DNA of 64,000 nt from an uncultured Parasporobacterium sp. Its GTDB lineage: Bacteria > Bacillota > Clostridia > Lachnospirales > Lachnospiraceae. Below are positions 38,323 to 47,798 of this stretch, one piece after another. The notes under the pieces were generated by a model that did no database searches, was not told where the DNA came from, and saw nothing but the letters and a program-made list of their open reading frames with translations. Made by a program: the position numbers and the translations under genes. The stretch covers positions 14,044 to 78,043 of the forward strand of contig CAZGVB010000001.1 of the NCBI GenBank assembly GCA_964528825.1. Reading direction: 5' to 3'. Within the stretch, counting starts at the first letter, position 1, and each line of letters begins with the position of its first letter.

Positions 38323-38395
38323 GCTACTGTAGCTCAGTTGGTAGAGCGCGTCATTGGTAATGACGAGGTCACCGGTTCAATTCCGGTCAGTAGCT
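38323..38395 (+). tRNA. tRNA-Thr (anticodon GGU)
   Basis: It folds as a cloverleaf: acceptor GCTACTG/CAGTAGC, D stem GCTC/GAGC, anticodon stem CGTCA/TGACG with loop TTGGTAA, and T stem ACCGG/CCGGT with TTCAATT. No CCA is encoded and a T-run follows. Confidence 0.93.
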
Positions 38396-38583
38396 TTTTT
38401 TATTATCATTAAATGTTTCACCTATTATATCAATGAACGAATTGTTTTTTGTAAACGACGCACATATAATGATCACTTGTCTTTAAAAATTGCCTTTTAA
38501 ATAATATCAAAAATGAGCAGCAAATAAAAGACAATGTTGATCTTCATGAATAGACGCTAAAGCATTTTATGGGGGATATAAAG

Positions 38584-39954
38584 ATGACATCAGATATTTC
38601 TTCATTAGTAAAAAATCAACGAAAGTTCTTTTTGACCGGCAATACGCGAAGCTATGAATTTCGGATCGCCGCTTTAAAAAAACTTTATAAACATATAAAG
38701 GAAAATGAGGACAAAATATCTGCCGCAGTAAAAAAGGATCTTAATAAGGATCCTTTTGAAACATACATGTGCGAAACAGGACTCGTACTTGATGAGATCA
38801 GATTTCATATTAAACATCTGAAAAAATGGATGACTCAAAAGAACATCCGCACTCCACTCGCTCAATTTCCATCAAAGAGCTTCATTTCACCCGAACCATA
38901 CGGTGTGGTACTTATAATGAGTCCTTGGAATTATCCCATACAGCTATGTCTCGAACCGCTTATAGGCGCAATCAGTGCCGGAAACTGTGCCATAATAAAG
39001 CCATCGGCATATGCACCTGCATCCGGAAAAATGATTGTCAAGATGATCTCTGATATCTTTCCTGAAGATTATATTGCGGTAGTAGAGGGCGGCAGATCAG
39101 AGAATACTGCTCTGCTGAATGAAAAATTCGATTATATATTTTTTACCGGCTCTGTCGCGGTCGGAAAAACAGTAATGTCCGCTGCATCAAAATATCTTAC
39201 TCCTCTTACACTCGAGCTTGGCGGCAAGAGTCCTGTCATCATCGATGATACAGCCGATATGAAGCTGGCTGCAAGACGACTCGCGTTCGGAAAGGTCTTA
39301 AATGCTGGCCAGACCTGCGTCGGACCGGATTATCTGCTTTTAAAGAATGGCTTATTTGACTCGTTCATAGATAATTTTAAGGTTGCATTAAATGAATTTT
39401 TTCCAAGCAAAGATATGTCCGACATGGTCAATATCATTTCCGAAAAGCATTTTAAAAGGATTGAGCGGCTATTAGACGGTCAGAAAATCGCTATCGGCGG
39501 AAATTGTGACAGAGACAGACTGTTCATCGAACCTACCGTATTAAAAGATGTGGATAAAGACTCACCTATAATGCAGGAAGAGATATTCGGGCCGATACTT
39601 CCCGTCATCACATGGAACAATATTGATGAGGTTACGACTTTTATCAACAGCCGTCCGAAGCCGCTTGCACTTTATCTTTTTACCAAAGATCATAATATGG
39701 AAAAGCACATATTGAATTCCTGCAGCTTCGGAGGCGGATGCATAAATGATACCATCATTCATCTTGCTACATCATATATGGGATTCGGAGGCGTCGGAGA
39801 ATCCGGTATGGGACAATATCACGGCAAAAAGAGTTTTGAGACATTTACGCACTATCGCAGCATCGTGAAAAAGAGCTGTCTCATCGATCTGCCGATACGT
39901 TATTTTCCGTATACTGCCTCAAAGTCCAAGCTGCTTCATAAATTTTTAAGATAA
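38584..39954 (+). CDS. NAD(P)-dependent aldehyde dehydrogenase (class 3-like)
   Basis: Motifs ELGGKSP, NAGQTCVGPDY (catalytic Cys) and EEIFGPILP are present. I chose the start at ATG 38584, which follows GGGGGA. The track ORF starts at 38569. Confidence 0.85.
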   Translation: MTSDISSLVKNQRKFFLTGNTRSYEFRIAALKKLYKHIKENEDKISAAVKKDLNKDPFETYMCETGLVLDEIRFHIKHLKKWMTQKNIRTPLAQFPSKSFISPEPYGVVLIMSPWNYPIQLCLEPLIGAISAGNCAIIKPSAYAPASGKMIVKMISDIFPEDYIAVVEGGRSENTALLNEKFDYIFFTGSVAVGKTVMSAASKYLTPLTLELGGKSPVIIDDTADMKLAARRLAFGKVLNAGQTCVGPDYLLLKNGLFDSFIDNFKVALNEFFPSKDMSDMVNIISEKHFKRIERLLDGQKIAIGGNCDRDRLFIEPTVLKDVDKDSPIMQEEIFGPILPVITWNNIDEVTTFINSRPKPLALYLFTKDHNMEKHILNSCSFGGGCINDTIIHLATSYMGFGGVGESGMGQYHGKKSFETFTHYRSIVKKSCLIDLPIRYFPYTASKSKLLHKFLR

Positions 39955-39981
39955 TTGCAAGAAGCTCCTTTGCGGATAATA

Positions 39982-41337
39982 TCATTCCTCATCATCAAAT
40001 GATGAAATCATTGCAGTGACATCATTTTGATCACTTATCTCAAGTATTTGAACATTTTTCAGCTTTCGGTTTATTGCTCTTGTTCTTGTGCCCAAAAGAT
40101 TGTCAAGATCAGTGCTTGTCTGAGACAGGTGAGTTTTCATTTTATTCAGAGCGGACTCAAATGTCTCAAATTCCGTTTTTACACCGGCAAGCACTTCCCA
40201 GACCTCATTTGATCTCTTTTGAATTGCAAGAGTACGAAATCCCATTTGAAGACTGTTAAGCATGGCTGCCATTGTACTGGGTCCTGCGATATTTACTTGA
40301 AATTTATGCTGCAACTGTTCTACCATGCCCATATTTACAACTTCGCTGTAAAGGCCTTCAAAAGGCAGAAACATTATGGCAAAATTGGTCGTATGCGGCG
40401 GATCGATATATTTATCATGAATATCCTTAGCCTCTTTCTTGATCACATTTTCAAGCTGTTTATAGGCGGCATCAATCTCTTTTTTATCCGCATTTTCCTG
40501 AGCAATCTTCAGTTGTTCATACGAATCTCCCGGAAATTTGGAATCTATAGGAAGATAGACCACAGAATCATCAGACGAACCGGGAAGGCGCACAGCATAT
40601 TCGACTCTTTCGGCCCGCCCAGGGATAGTGGCAACATTTGTATCATATTGATTCGGTGTAAGGATATCCTCAAGTATGGCTCCAAGCTGTATCTCACCGA
40701 GTATTCCCCTGGTTTTTACACCTGACAGCACCTTTTTCAGTCCGCCGACGTCGCTTGCAAGGTTTTGCATCTCACCCAGCCCCTTATATACCTGTTCCAG
40801 CTGAGTGCTGACATTCTTAAAGGATTCTGATATCCTTTTTTCCAGAGTTGTCTGAAGTTTTTCGTCGACTGTTCCTTTTATCTCATTAAGCTTTTTTTCG
40901 GTATCGAGCCGCACTGCATCCATGCCGTCTGTAAGAGCCTGCTTCATCTCTGTCAATTTATCATCTGTTGTCTTTTTCAAATCAGTAATAATCTGAGATG
41001 TGTTGCTCCTAAAGCTTGTCATTTGATCATTGCTTGACTGCTGCAGCTGCATAAATTGTGCGGTATTCGAATTTTGAAATTGACTTATCTGATCGTTCAC
41101 ACTGGACTTGAATTGAGTGATCTGATTCATTGTGCTCATTTGCAGATTGCCAAGCTGAGCCTGAGTGCTTTCTTTAAGCTTGTCCATTTCTCCCTTAACG
41201 GCATCCTTAAATTGATCTTGTCCCTCTTTATATGAAGAGGAAAAGCTGCGAAGCGAGTTTTGCATTATCAAGATATTGATGACAGTGCCTATCGCGACAA
41301 TAATGCCGATTATGATTATGATCAATGCCTTTTCCAA
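39982..41337 (-). CDS. rmuC: DNA recombination protein RmuC
   Basis: It has an N-terminal TM, long coiled coils and a C-terminal RmuC nuclease-like domain (VEYAVRLPG...VYLPIDSKFP...FAIMFLPFEGLY). Confidence 0.85.
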   Translation of the reverse strand: MEKALIIIIIGIIVAIGTVINILIMQNSLRSFSSSYKEGQDQFKDAVKGEMDKLKESTQAQLGNLQMSTMNQITQFKSSVNDQISQFQNSNTAQFMQLQQSSNDQMTSFRSNTSQIITDLKKTTDDKLTEMKQALTDGMDAVRLDTEKKLNEIKGTVDEKLQTTLEKRISESFKNVSTQLEQVYKGLGEMQNLASDVGGLKKVLSGVKTRGILGEIQLGAILEDILTPNQYDTNVATIPGRAERVEYAVRLPGSSDDSVVYLPIDSKFPGDSYEQLKIAQENADKKEIDAAYKQLENVIKKEAKDIHDKYIDPPHTTNFAIMFLPFEGLYSEVVNMGMVEQLQHKFQVNIAGPSTMAAMLNSLQMGFRTLAIQKRSNEVWEVLAGVKTEFETFESALNKMKTHLSQTSTDLDNLLGTRTRAINRKLKNVQILEISDQNDVTAMISSFDDEE

Positions 41338-41362
41338 CTCTTAGGCTCCTTTCGCGGCTGTA

Positions 41363-42469
41363 TCATTCAAAATAAAGCGAATCATACGGACAGAAGGTAA
41401 CATAGCTCTTTCCGCGATTTACAACGAGTTCATCTCCGTTTTCATCATAAAATCTAAGTCTTGAATATTCCCCTGCCTTAGACCAATAGATCTTTTGAAC
41501 CTTGCCCTGGGAAAAGTAATAGCCATAGGCTCCATTTCCGCCTGTCCAATCCAGTCCCTTATGCAATCCGTCTTCTCTTGTCCATACGGATGTTTCAAGT
41601 ACAAAAACATTTGTAAATGAAAGCTGTTTTCCGTTTGATGCGTCAATTTGGGCATCGGAACCGTTATATTTATAATATTTTGCACTTTCAGGATCGTATG
41701 TCATAGACATACTTTGACCGCCGTAATTAACTTCAATATATGAACAGTCATCTCCCGATGGCAGCACGATCTCATCAAAGCGTTCCGTAAAGTTAAATGC
41801 ATTGCTTTGCGTATATTCTTCATATAGATCGGTTCGATAATTATTTGATTCAACATAATCCTTAAACAGGGTTCCGTCGAAATATGATGTATGCTCCAGG
41901 TTGTATCCCTGATTCAATCTTCCCTGATCTCTTCCGAAAAGAACAGAACCATTTATACCGTCGAAAGTATCCCAGTCAAGGGAATAATAATAATCAGAAA
42001 CGGATTCGTCTTTTCCCCAATGAACATAGAAAGCGTCAAATCCGCATGCAATGGGTGCAAAATAGTATCTGAAGCTTCTTACGGATACAATGTACGGTAC
42101 TGCTGTATAATCTCCATACAGACACATAAGTCTTGTTTGCATGCCCTCTACCGGAAGCTCAAAAACAATATCAGCGCTGCTTGTGCCATATTGCGGCATA
42201 GCATCATAAATATTATTCACCATAACGGCCACAGGTCTCTTTCCAACAGCAGCCTGTGAAAAATCATAAATTCCGGTCAAAGGATTCATTATACCTTCAG
42301 GCTCCGGCTCAGTTGTTTCTTCTGTGGTAGTCTCTTCGGTTGTTGTTTCAATCTCTGTGGTCATTACAGCATCAGATGATGCCTCCTCAGATGAACTGCC
42401 CTTGCAGGCGCTCAAAGAAGAAATGCTCAAAAGAGCACAAAGAAGTGCGATAAAGATTTTCCTTTTCAT
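41363..42469 (-). CDS. DUF3048 (YerB-like) lipoprotein
   Basis: A lipobox (LSSLSAC) is present. It has NPLTG...RPVAVMVNN...PQYGTSSADIVFELPVEG..TR, typical of the DUF3048 family. I chose the start at the Met of MKRKIF. Confidence 0.7.
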   Translation of the reverse strand: MKRKIFIALLCALLSISSLSACKGSSSEEASSDAVMTTEIETTTEETTTEETTEPEPEGIMNPLTGIYDFSQAAVGKRPVAVMVNNIYDAMPQYGTSSADIVFELPVEGMQTRLMCLYGDYTAVPYIVSVRSFRYYFAPIACGFDAFYVHWGKDESVSDYYYSLDWDTFDGINGSVLFGRDQGRLNQGYNLEHTSYFDGTLFKDYVESNNYRTDLYEEYTQSNAFNFTERFDEIVLPSGDDCSYIEVNYGGQSMSMTYDPESAKYYKYNGSDAQIDASNGKQLSFTNVFVLETSVWTREDGLHKGLDWTGGNGAYGYYFSQGKVQKIYWSKAGEYSRLRFYDENGDELVVNRGKSYVTFCPYDSLYFE

Positions 42470-42510
42470 GTCTACCCCTCGATAGCATATATTTAACAGC
42501 ATTTATATCT

Positions 42511-42987
42511 TTAATGCTGCTCTGCTCTTATAAGTCTATCACCTGAATAAATACAAGTCATTTCGTCAAAATCCCTGCCTTCAATAAGATATTCCAAAAA
42601 ATATCTGTCCCCTTCCCAGAGATTAAGTGACAGGACATCATGCTTATCTATCCAGCACAACTCGCCCTCATCGCATTCAAATGCATTTTTGTCAGCTGCC
42701 GGATCGTCCCCATCATATTCTGTTGCAGTGAAAAGATACATATCCTCATCATCAAGAACATCAGAGATAAAATGAACGACTCCGTGAAAATGATATTTCT
42801 TTAGCGTAAGTCCTGTCTCTTCATATACTTCTCTCATCAGACAGTCCGTCGAATCCTCTCCCGGCTCGAATTTGCCTCCGACGCCGACCCACTTGCCCTC
42901 ACTCGGATCATTCTTTTTTTTGTTTCTGAAAAGCATGAGAAAACGATCATTCTTTTCTATATAACATAATGTTGTCTTTTTTATCAT
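42511..42987 (-). CDS. Nudix hydrolase (MutT-like)
   Basis: The Nudix box GVGGKFEPGEDSTDCLMREVYEETGL is present. The start overlaps the stop of the upstream alr paralogue (ATGA). Confidence 0.8.
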   Translation of the reverse strand: MIKKTTLCYIEKNDRFLMLFRNKKKNDPSEGKWVGVGGKFEPGEDSTDCLMREVYEETGLTLKKYHFHGVVHFISDVLDDEDMYLFTATEYDGDDPAADKNAFECDEGELCWIDKHDVLSLNLWEGDRYFLEYLIEGRDFDEMTCIYSGDRLIRAEQH

Positions 42988-44195
42988 GAATTTATCTTTT
43001 TTCTTATATCAGGCATCGTATATCTATCATAAAAATATTCTTTAACACCAACGACCTCGCCGTCTTCAACATATATCCTGGGTACACGTTTCCCGATATT
43101 GCATACGATTTCATTTGCGCACGAATCTGCGATAGCCGCCATGTCATAAGCGGTTATCGATTGGGGATCTGCATTGCCTAACAAGATCACCTCATCACCA
43201 TTTTGCACATTTGGAATATCGGTTATATCGATCATCAATTGATCCATACATATTCTGCCTGTGATAGGCGCTTTATATCCTTTTACAAGCACATGTCCTT
43301 TATTTGACATATTTCTCATGTATCCATCAGCATATCCCACCGATACAGTAGCAATAACAGACTCCCTTTTTGTTTCATATGTTCCGCCATATCCTATTTT
43401 AGTGCCGGCGGGAACAGTCTTTATCATCACAATATGGCTGTATAAAGACATTGCGGGTCTGATATCGTACAAAGAGGCAATATCCGGAGAGCATAATCCG
43501 TAAATGATGCCGTCAAATCGAATCATATTTACATTTTTATATGGAAAATGCATCGTCAGATCATGAGCATAGATCTGCTTTATCGTAATATTTATATTGT
43601 TCTCTTCCAGCCGGCCGCATAATCTGTCGAAGCAATCGATTTCGCTGCAGATCGTTTCTTTCTCTGTCATGTCCATACAGGTATGAGGAAGCTCCAGATA
43701 CATTCCCTCAATATGTATATTGGGCATTTTGCTGACAGTGATAATATCACGGATCGTATCGTCGCCTAATTTAAATCCCGTCTGGTCATCATTAATGCAT
43801 ATCTTAATATGGACTAAAGCCGGATCATCAAGGCCCTCGGTTGCCCTGCTTATCATTTCTGCTGAATGAGTATCGCAAATCGTCATCCTTAAATGATTAT
43901 TTACTGCTGCCTTTACATCGTTCTCATCAATTCTTTCAAGTATGAGTACCGGAACTGTTATATTATGATCTATAAGATTGGATGCCTCCCGGGCCGTTGC
44001 TACCGCGATCATATCTATATGATTTTTTAATTTCTTTGCGATAGGTACAGCTCCATGTCCGAAGCCGTCGGCATTTAACATTATGCAGACAAGTACATCA
44101 TCCGGAAGAGTGTTTTTTATATTAGTTATATTTTTAAGTACTATACCCAGATCAACCTCGGCACGTACCCTGTGATAAATATAATTGTTATCCAT
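42984..44195 (-). CDS. Alanine racemase paralogue lacking the PLP-lysine set but retaining the trans-acting Tyr/CMD residues
   Basis: It shows the full-length Alr fold. IMLNADGFGHG replaces VVKANAYGHG, and the DTGMxR, THF and NSAA motifs are degenerate. IGYGGTY, GYADGY and GRICMDQLMIDITD are intact. Confidence 0.8.
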   Translation of the reverse strand: MDNNYIYHRVRAEVDLGIVLKNITNIKNTLPDDVLVCIMLNADGFGHGAVPIAKKLKNHIDMIAVATAREASNLIDHNITVPVLILERIDENDVKAAVNNHLRMTICDTHSAEMISRATEGLDDPALVHIKICINDDQTGFKLGDDTIRDIITVSKMPNIHIEGMYLELPHTCMDMTEKETICSEIDCFDRLCGRLEENNINITIKQIYAHDLTMHFPYKNVNMIRFDGIIYGLCSPDIASLYDIRPAMSLYSHIVMIKTVPAGTKIGYGGTYETKRESVIATVSVGYADGYMRNMSNKGHVLVKGYKAPITGRICMDQLMIDITDIPNVQNGDEVILLGNADPQSITAYDMAAIADSCANEIVCNIGKRVPRIYVEDGEVVGVKEYFYDRYTMPDIRKKINS

Positions 44196-44212
44196 ATGGT
44201 AAAAAATCCTTA

Positions 44213-45427
44213 TTAATGTGCATGAACCATGCCTGCATGCTTATTTATAGGTATATATTTGTCATAAAAATAGTCTTTATGACATACTTCCACGCCATCG
44301 GCATAATATATTCTTGGGACTCTCTTGCTGATATCACAGGCGAATTCATAATTAAATGAGCCAGCAAGCTCTGAAATCTCCTCCATGGTGATATTCTCAT
44401 CATTACTTTTGCCGACCAAAACGACCTCATCACCGACATTAACACCAGGAATATCTGTTATATCGATCATAAAATGGTCCATATCTATATTGCCTATAAT
44501 GTCTGCCCTTTTTCCTTTAACCAAAACATAGCCTTTATTTGAAAGACTTCTCTTATATCCATCCGCATAGCCTGTATCGACTGCCGCAATGCGCATATCG
44601 CCTCTTGCATTATGTCCAGTCGTGCAGCCGGGAATATTTTCAATATTTGTTTGCCTTATGAAGCTTATATGACTGAATAAAGACATTGCACCTTTAAGTG
44701 CAACCTGATGAACACATTCGGATGGATAAAGGCCGTATATCGATATACCTAGCCTCACCATATCCATATTTGCTCTTCTAAAAACCGTTGCTGCTGCACT
44801 GTTGGAGCAGTGCTTGATCTTGAAATGAATATCCTTTGCTTCCAGATCGTCGCAGACCTTTTTAAAAAGTGCAAACTGTCTGTCAAATTCCTCGGTATCT
44901 TCGCAATCCGCCTTGGAAAAATGTGTATATATCCCCTCAACATCTATAAAATCCATATTGCAGATTTTTTCAATATCTCTATAGCTTTCCTGACACGGTG
45001 AAAATCCGATTCTGCTCATACCTGTGTCAATCTTAATATGGACCTTTGCAGGGCCCTCACCCAGGTCCTTAGCAAATTCGTTGATTCTTTTGGCTGTTTC
45101 GACGTCAAATACAGTAAGTCTGAAGCCGTTCCTTACCGAATACATAGTATAATCGGTATGAATATATCCGAGGATAAGTATCGGCTTATTTATATCATGG
45201 TTTCGCAGATTGGATGCTTCATCAAATGTCGCGACCGCAAAGAAATCCACATCATCTTCAATTGTTTTTGCGACCGGCACGGCACCGTGTCCATATGCGT
45301 CTGCTTTGATGACAGCACATACCTTTGTTTTTTTATCTAAATTACTTTTTATATTATTTATATTTTCTTTGATTGCATCAAGATCTATCTTTGCATATGT
45401 CCTGCTGTAAATCGTTTCATCGCTCAT
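44213..45427 (-). CDS. alr: Alanine racemase paralogue retaining the PLP-binding barrel residues but lacking the catalytic Tyr segment
   Basis: VIKADAYGHG, DTGMSRIG, YTHFSKAD, CSNSAA, MVRLGISIYG and FNYE are present. The Tyr265-equivalent segment reads PGCTTGHNARGDMRIAAVDT (no Tyr), and RICMDQ reads NIDMDH. Confidence 0.85.
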   Translation of the reverse strand: MSDETIYSRTYAKIDLDAIKENINNIKSNLDKKTKVCAVIKADAYGHGAVPVAKTIEDDVDFFAVATFDEASNLRNHDINKPILILGYIHTDYTMYSVRNGFRLTVFDVETAKRINEFAKDLGEGPAKVHIKIDTGMSRIGFSPCQESYRDIEKICNMDFIDVEGIYTHFSKADCEDTEEFDRQFALFKKVCDDLEAKDIHFKIKHCSNSAAATVFRRANMDMVRLGISIYGLYPSECVHQVALKGAMSLFSHISFIRQTNIENIPGCTTGHNARGDMRIAAVDTGYADGYKRSLSNKGYVLVKGKRADIIGNIDMDHFMIDITDIPGVNVGDEVVLVGKSNDENITMEEISELAGSFNYEFACDISKRVPRIYYADGVEVCHKDYFYDKYIPINKHAGMVHAH

Positions 45428-45444
45428 ATATTCTGCTTCCCTGT

Positions 45445-46095
45445 TTATATTTGATCTTCCGCACTTCTTTGCCCTATCTCAAATGACAACTCCAGCAATG
45501 AATCCAGCAAATGAACATTTTTTACATTTGCATCGGCAGGCAATTCAAGTTCAGTATGAGCAAAATTCCAAAAGTTCCTTATGCCGCATCTGTAAAGGTC
45601 ACTTGTAAGCTCCTTTGCAACCTCCTTCGGAACAGTAATAACAGCGATATCGACCTCGTTTTCTTTGACATATTGTTTGATATCGTTGTCAGACAATATA
45701 TTCAATCCTGAAATCTTTTTGCCTATGATATTTTCATCTGTATCGAAGGCACTTTTAAATAAAAAGCCATGCTCCGCAAATCCCCTGTAATTTACTAAGG
45801 CCCTTCCCAGATTGCCGGCACCGAGCAAGATCATATTGTGCGGTCTGTCGGCACCCAGGATTCTTCCTATTTCTTTATGAAGATTTTTTACATTATATCC
45901 GTAGCCTTGCTGTCCGAAGCCACCGAAGTTATTCAGATCCTGCCTTATCTGTGATGCAGTAAAATGCATCCGTCTGCTGAGCTCTTCAGATGATACCCGT
46001 TCTGTACCCTCGTCCATGATCTCCTTAAGATACCTGTGATATGCAGGCAGCCTGGAAATAACAGCTTTCGATATTTTCTTTTTACTATCGTCCAT
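45445..46095 (-). CDS. rex: Redox-sensing transcriptional repressor Rex
   Basis: The N-terminal winged helix is present (ISRLPAYHRYL...SSEELS...ASQIRQDLNNFGGFGQQGYGYNV), together with a Rossmann GAGNLG motif. Confidence 0.9.
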   Translation of the reverse strand: MDDSKKKISKAVISRLPAYHRYLKEIMDEGTERVSSEELSRRMHFTASQIRQDLNNFGGFGQQGYGYNVKNLHKEIGRILGADRPHNMILLGAGNLGRALVNYRGFAEHGFLFKSAFDTDENIIGKKISGLNILSDNDIKQYVKENEVDIAVITVPKEVAKELTSDLYRCGIRNFWNFAHTELELPADANVKNVHLLDSLLELSFEIGQRSAEDQI

Positions 46096-46142
46096 ATATG
46101 AGACCTCCCGGTACAGGTATCAAAATATTAAACTATATGTCT

Positions 46143-46171
46143 ATTATAGTTATGTATAAAAATATGTTCAA
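46143..46171 (-). promoter_or_regulatory. Putative sigma-A promoter of the rex-alr-alr operon
   Basis: On the minus strand, TTGAAC (46166-46171), a 17-nt spacer, then TATAAT (46143-46148). It lies about 45 nt upstream of the rex ATG. Confidence 0.55.
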
Positions 46172-46197
46172 GTTATCTTGCTTAGACACTTATGATC

Positions 46198-46791
46198 TTA
46201 ATCTAAAAAAGACTGTAATTCCCTGCTAAGCCTTGCAATAGGCAGACCGACAACTGTATAAAAATCCCCATCGATAGCTTTTACCAAAACAGCTCCTCTT
46301 CCCTGCACACCATAGGCACCCGCCTTATCCATCGGTTCACCGCTCTTTATATAATCATAAAGTGCTTCATCGGTCTGCGGATACATATATACATCCGTAT
46401 GTTCGCAAAATGTTGTTTTTTTATTTTCAAGAGTGTCTATCAAAGTCACTGCGGTATAGACAGTATGTTTGTCTCCCTGCAATTTTTTCAGCATTTTAAA
46501 AGCATCATCCTCATCAACTGGTTTACCGAGGACTCTTCCTTCATGCACAACTATTGTATCCGATCCGATGACTATCGCTCCGATTTTTTCTGTATCTTCA
46601 TGACCGCTGCAAAGTCTTTCGGATACATTTGTGCATTTGATGTCAGATAACATTTTAACCATGTCTTCAGGATCAGTAATATCTGTCTTTTCATCACAGT
46701 CAGGAACAATAATATCAAAATCAAGGCCTATCTGTGAAAGCAATTGTCTTCTTCTTGGAGATGATGATGCAAGTATAATATTTCTTTTCAT
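46198..46791 (-). CDS. maf: Maf-family nucleoside triphosphate pyrophosphatase
   Basis: It reads IILASSSPRRRQLLSQIGLDF...GSDTIV...DKAGAYGVQG. I chose the start at the Met of MKRNIIL. The track ORF extends 13 codons further upstream. Confidence 0.88.
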   Translation of the reverse strand: MKRNIILASSSPRRRQLLSQIGLDFDIIVPDCDEKTDITDPEDMVKMLSDIKCTNVSERLCSGHEDTEKIGAIVIGSDTIVVHEGRVLGKPVDEDDAFKMLKKLQGDKHTVYTAVTLIDTLENKKTTFCEHTDVYMYPQTDEALYDYIKSGEPMDKAGAYGVQGRGAVLVKAIDGDFYTVVGLPIARLSRELQSFLD

Positions 46792-46838
46792 AATGTTAGG
46801 ATTATAACAAATCGTCAAATTGACTATCAACTGTTAAA

Positions 46839-47795
46839 ATGTTAAAATTTCTTGCTATGGATAATTCACTTAGAGAAGAAATAAATGCGAAGCTGCCGGG
46901 ACTCTTAAAGCAGGCACATGCAACAAGAGCGGTCAATAGGATGGTAAAAACCAGAGGCAAGCGCATTGATATTTTGCTAAACGGCAGACATAATGAAGCC
47001 GTTTTATATTGCTGTAATGATCGGAATGCACCTTTGATCATAGGTTTTCACAGCGGCGGATGGCTGTTCGGCGGATGTGCATTAAATGATAATATGTGGT
47101 CCGCAATGACCGAAAATATCAACATCAATATCATTTCCGTAGGCTATCGTATGGCGCCCGAATACAAATGGAGGGATTCATTATCAGACGCTTACGAATC
47201 TGCGATATACTTGACCGCACATGCAGACGAATACAATCTTCATCCGTCTGATATCTCGATCGCGGGTCTGTCCGCAGGCGGAAATATGGCTGCTGCAATA
47301 TGCATCAAAGCATTGTCTGAGAATCTAATGTCATTTAAGTCATTATTTCTCTTCTACCCTCTGCTCGATGTGGCAACTATGCCGAAAATAAAAGGCAGTG
47401 AGCACTATGGCGGTGTATCAGCGTTCATAATGAATGAACAGCATATAGAACCTGAGGATGCACATCTGTCCCTTGCTTCACCGTATTTTGCCGACGATGA
47501 TGAGCTTAAGGGATTTCCGGACACATATGTATTTGCTGCAGAACACGATGTTTTGAAGCATGAGGCGCTGTCATTTGCACAACACATAAACAATACCGGC
47601 GGCTTCGCCGAATATCATGAAATGAAAGATATGTCACATTGCTATTTTGAACTTGGATTTCGAGACAGGCTTACAGATTTTGAAAAAGAATTCATCGGCC
47701 CTCAGGGGATAAAAGCTTTTGAAAATGGATCCATGAAGAAGGCAGCATATGAAAATATAGAATACATGAAAAGAATATATGAAAAGGATATATGA
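46839..47795 (+). CDS. Alpha/beta-fold esterase/lipase (HSL-like)
   Basis: It has an HGGG-type oxyanion motif (GFHSGGW), the nucleophile elbow GLSAGG, and later EHDVL and MSHCYF. The start could instead be the ATG at 46857. Confidence 0.7.
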   Translation: MLKFLAMDNSLREEINAKLPGLLKQAHATRAVNRMVKTRGKRIDILLNGRHNEAVLYCCNDRNAPLIIGFHSGGWLFGGCALNDNMWSAMTENININIISVGYRMAPEYKWRDSLSDAYESAIYLTAHADEYNLHPSDISIAGLSAGGNMAAAICIKALSENLMSFKSLFLFYPLLDVATMPKIKGSEHYGGVSAFIMNEQHIEPEDAHLSLASPYFADDDELKGFPDTYVFAAEHDVLKHEALSFAQHINNTGGFAEYHEMKDMSHCYFELGFRDRLTDFEKEFIGPQGIKAFENGSMKKAAYENIEYMKRIYEKDI

Positions 47796-47798
47796 AAA

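Noticed and set aside
40219-40725. 168-aa ORF on the plus strand.
   Set aside because: It lies antisense inside rmuC and has no recognisable motifs or RBS.
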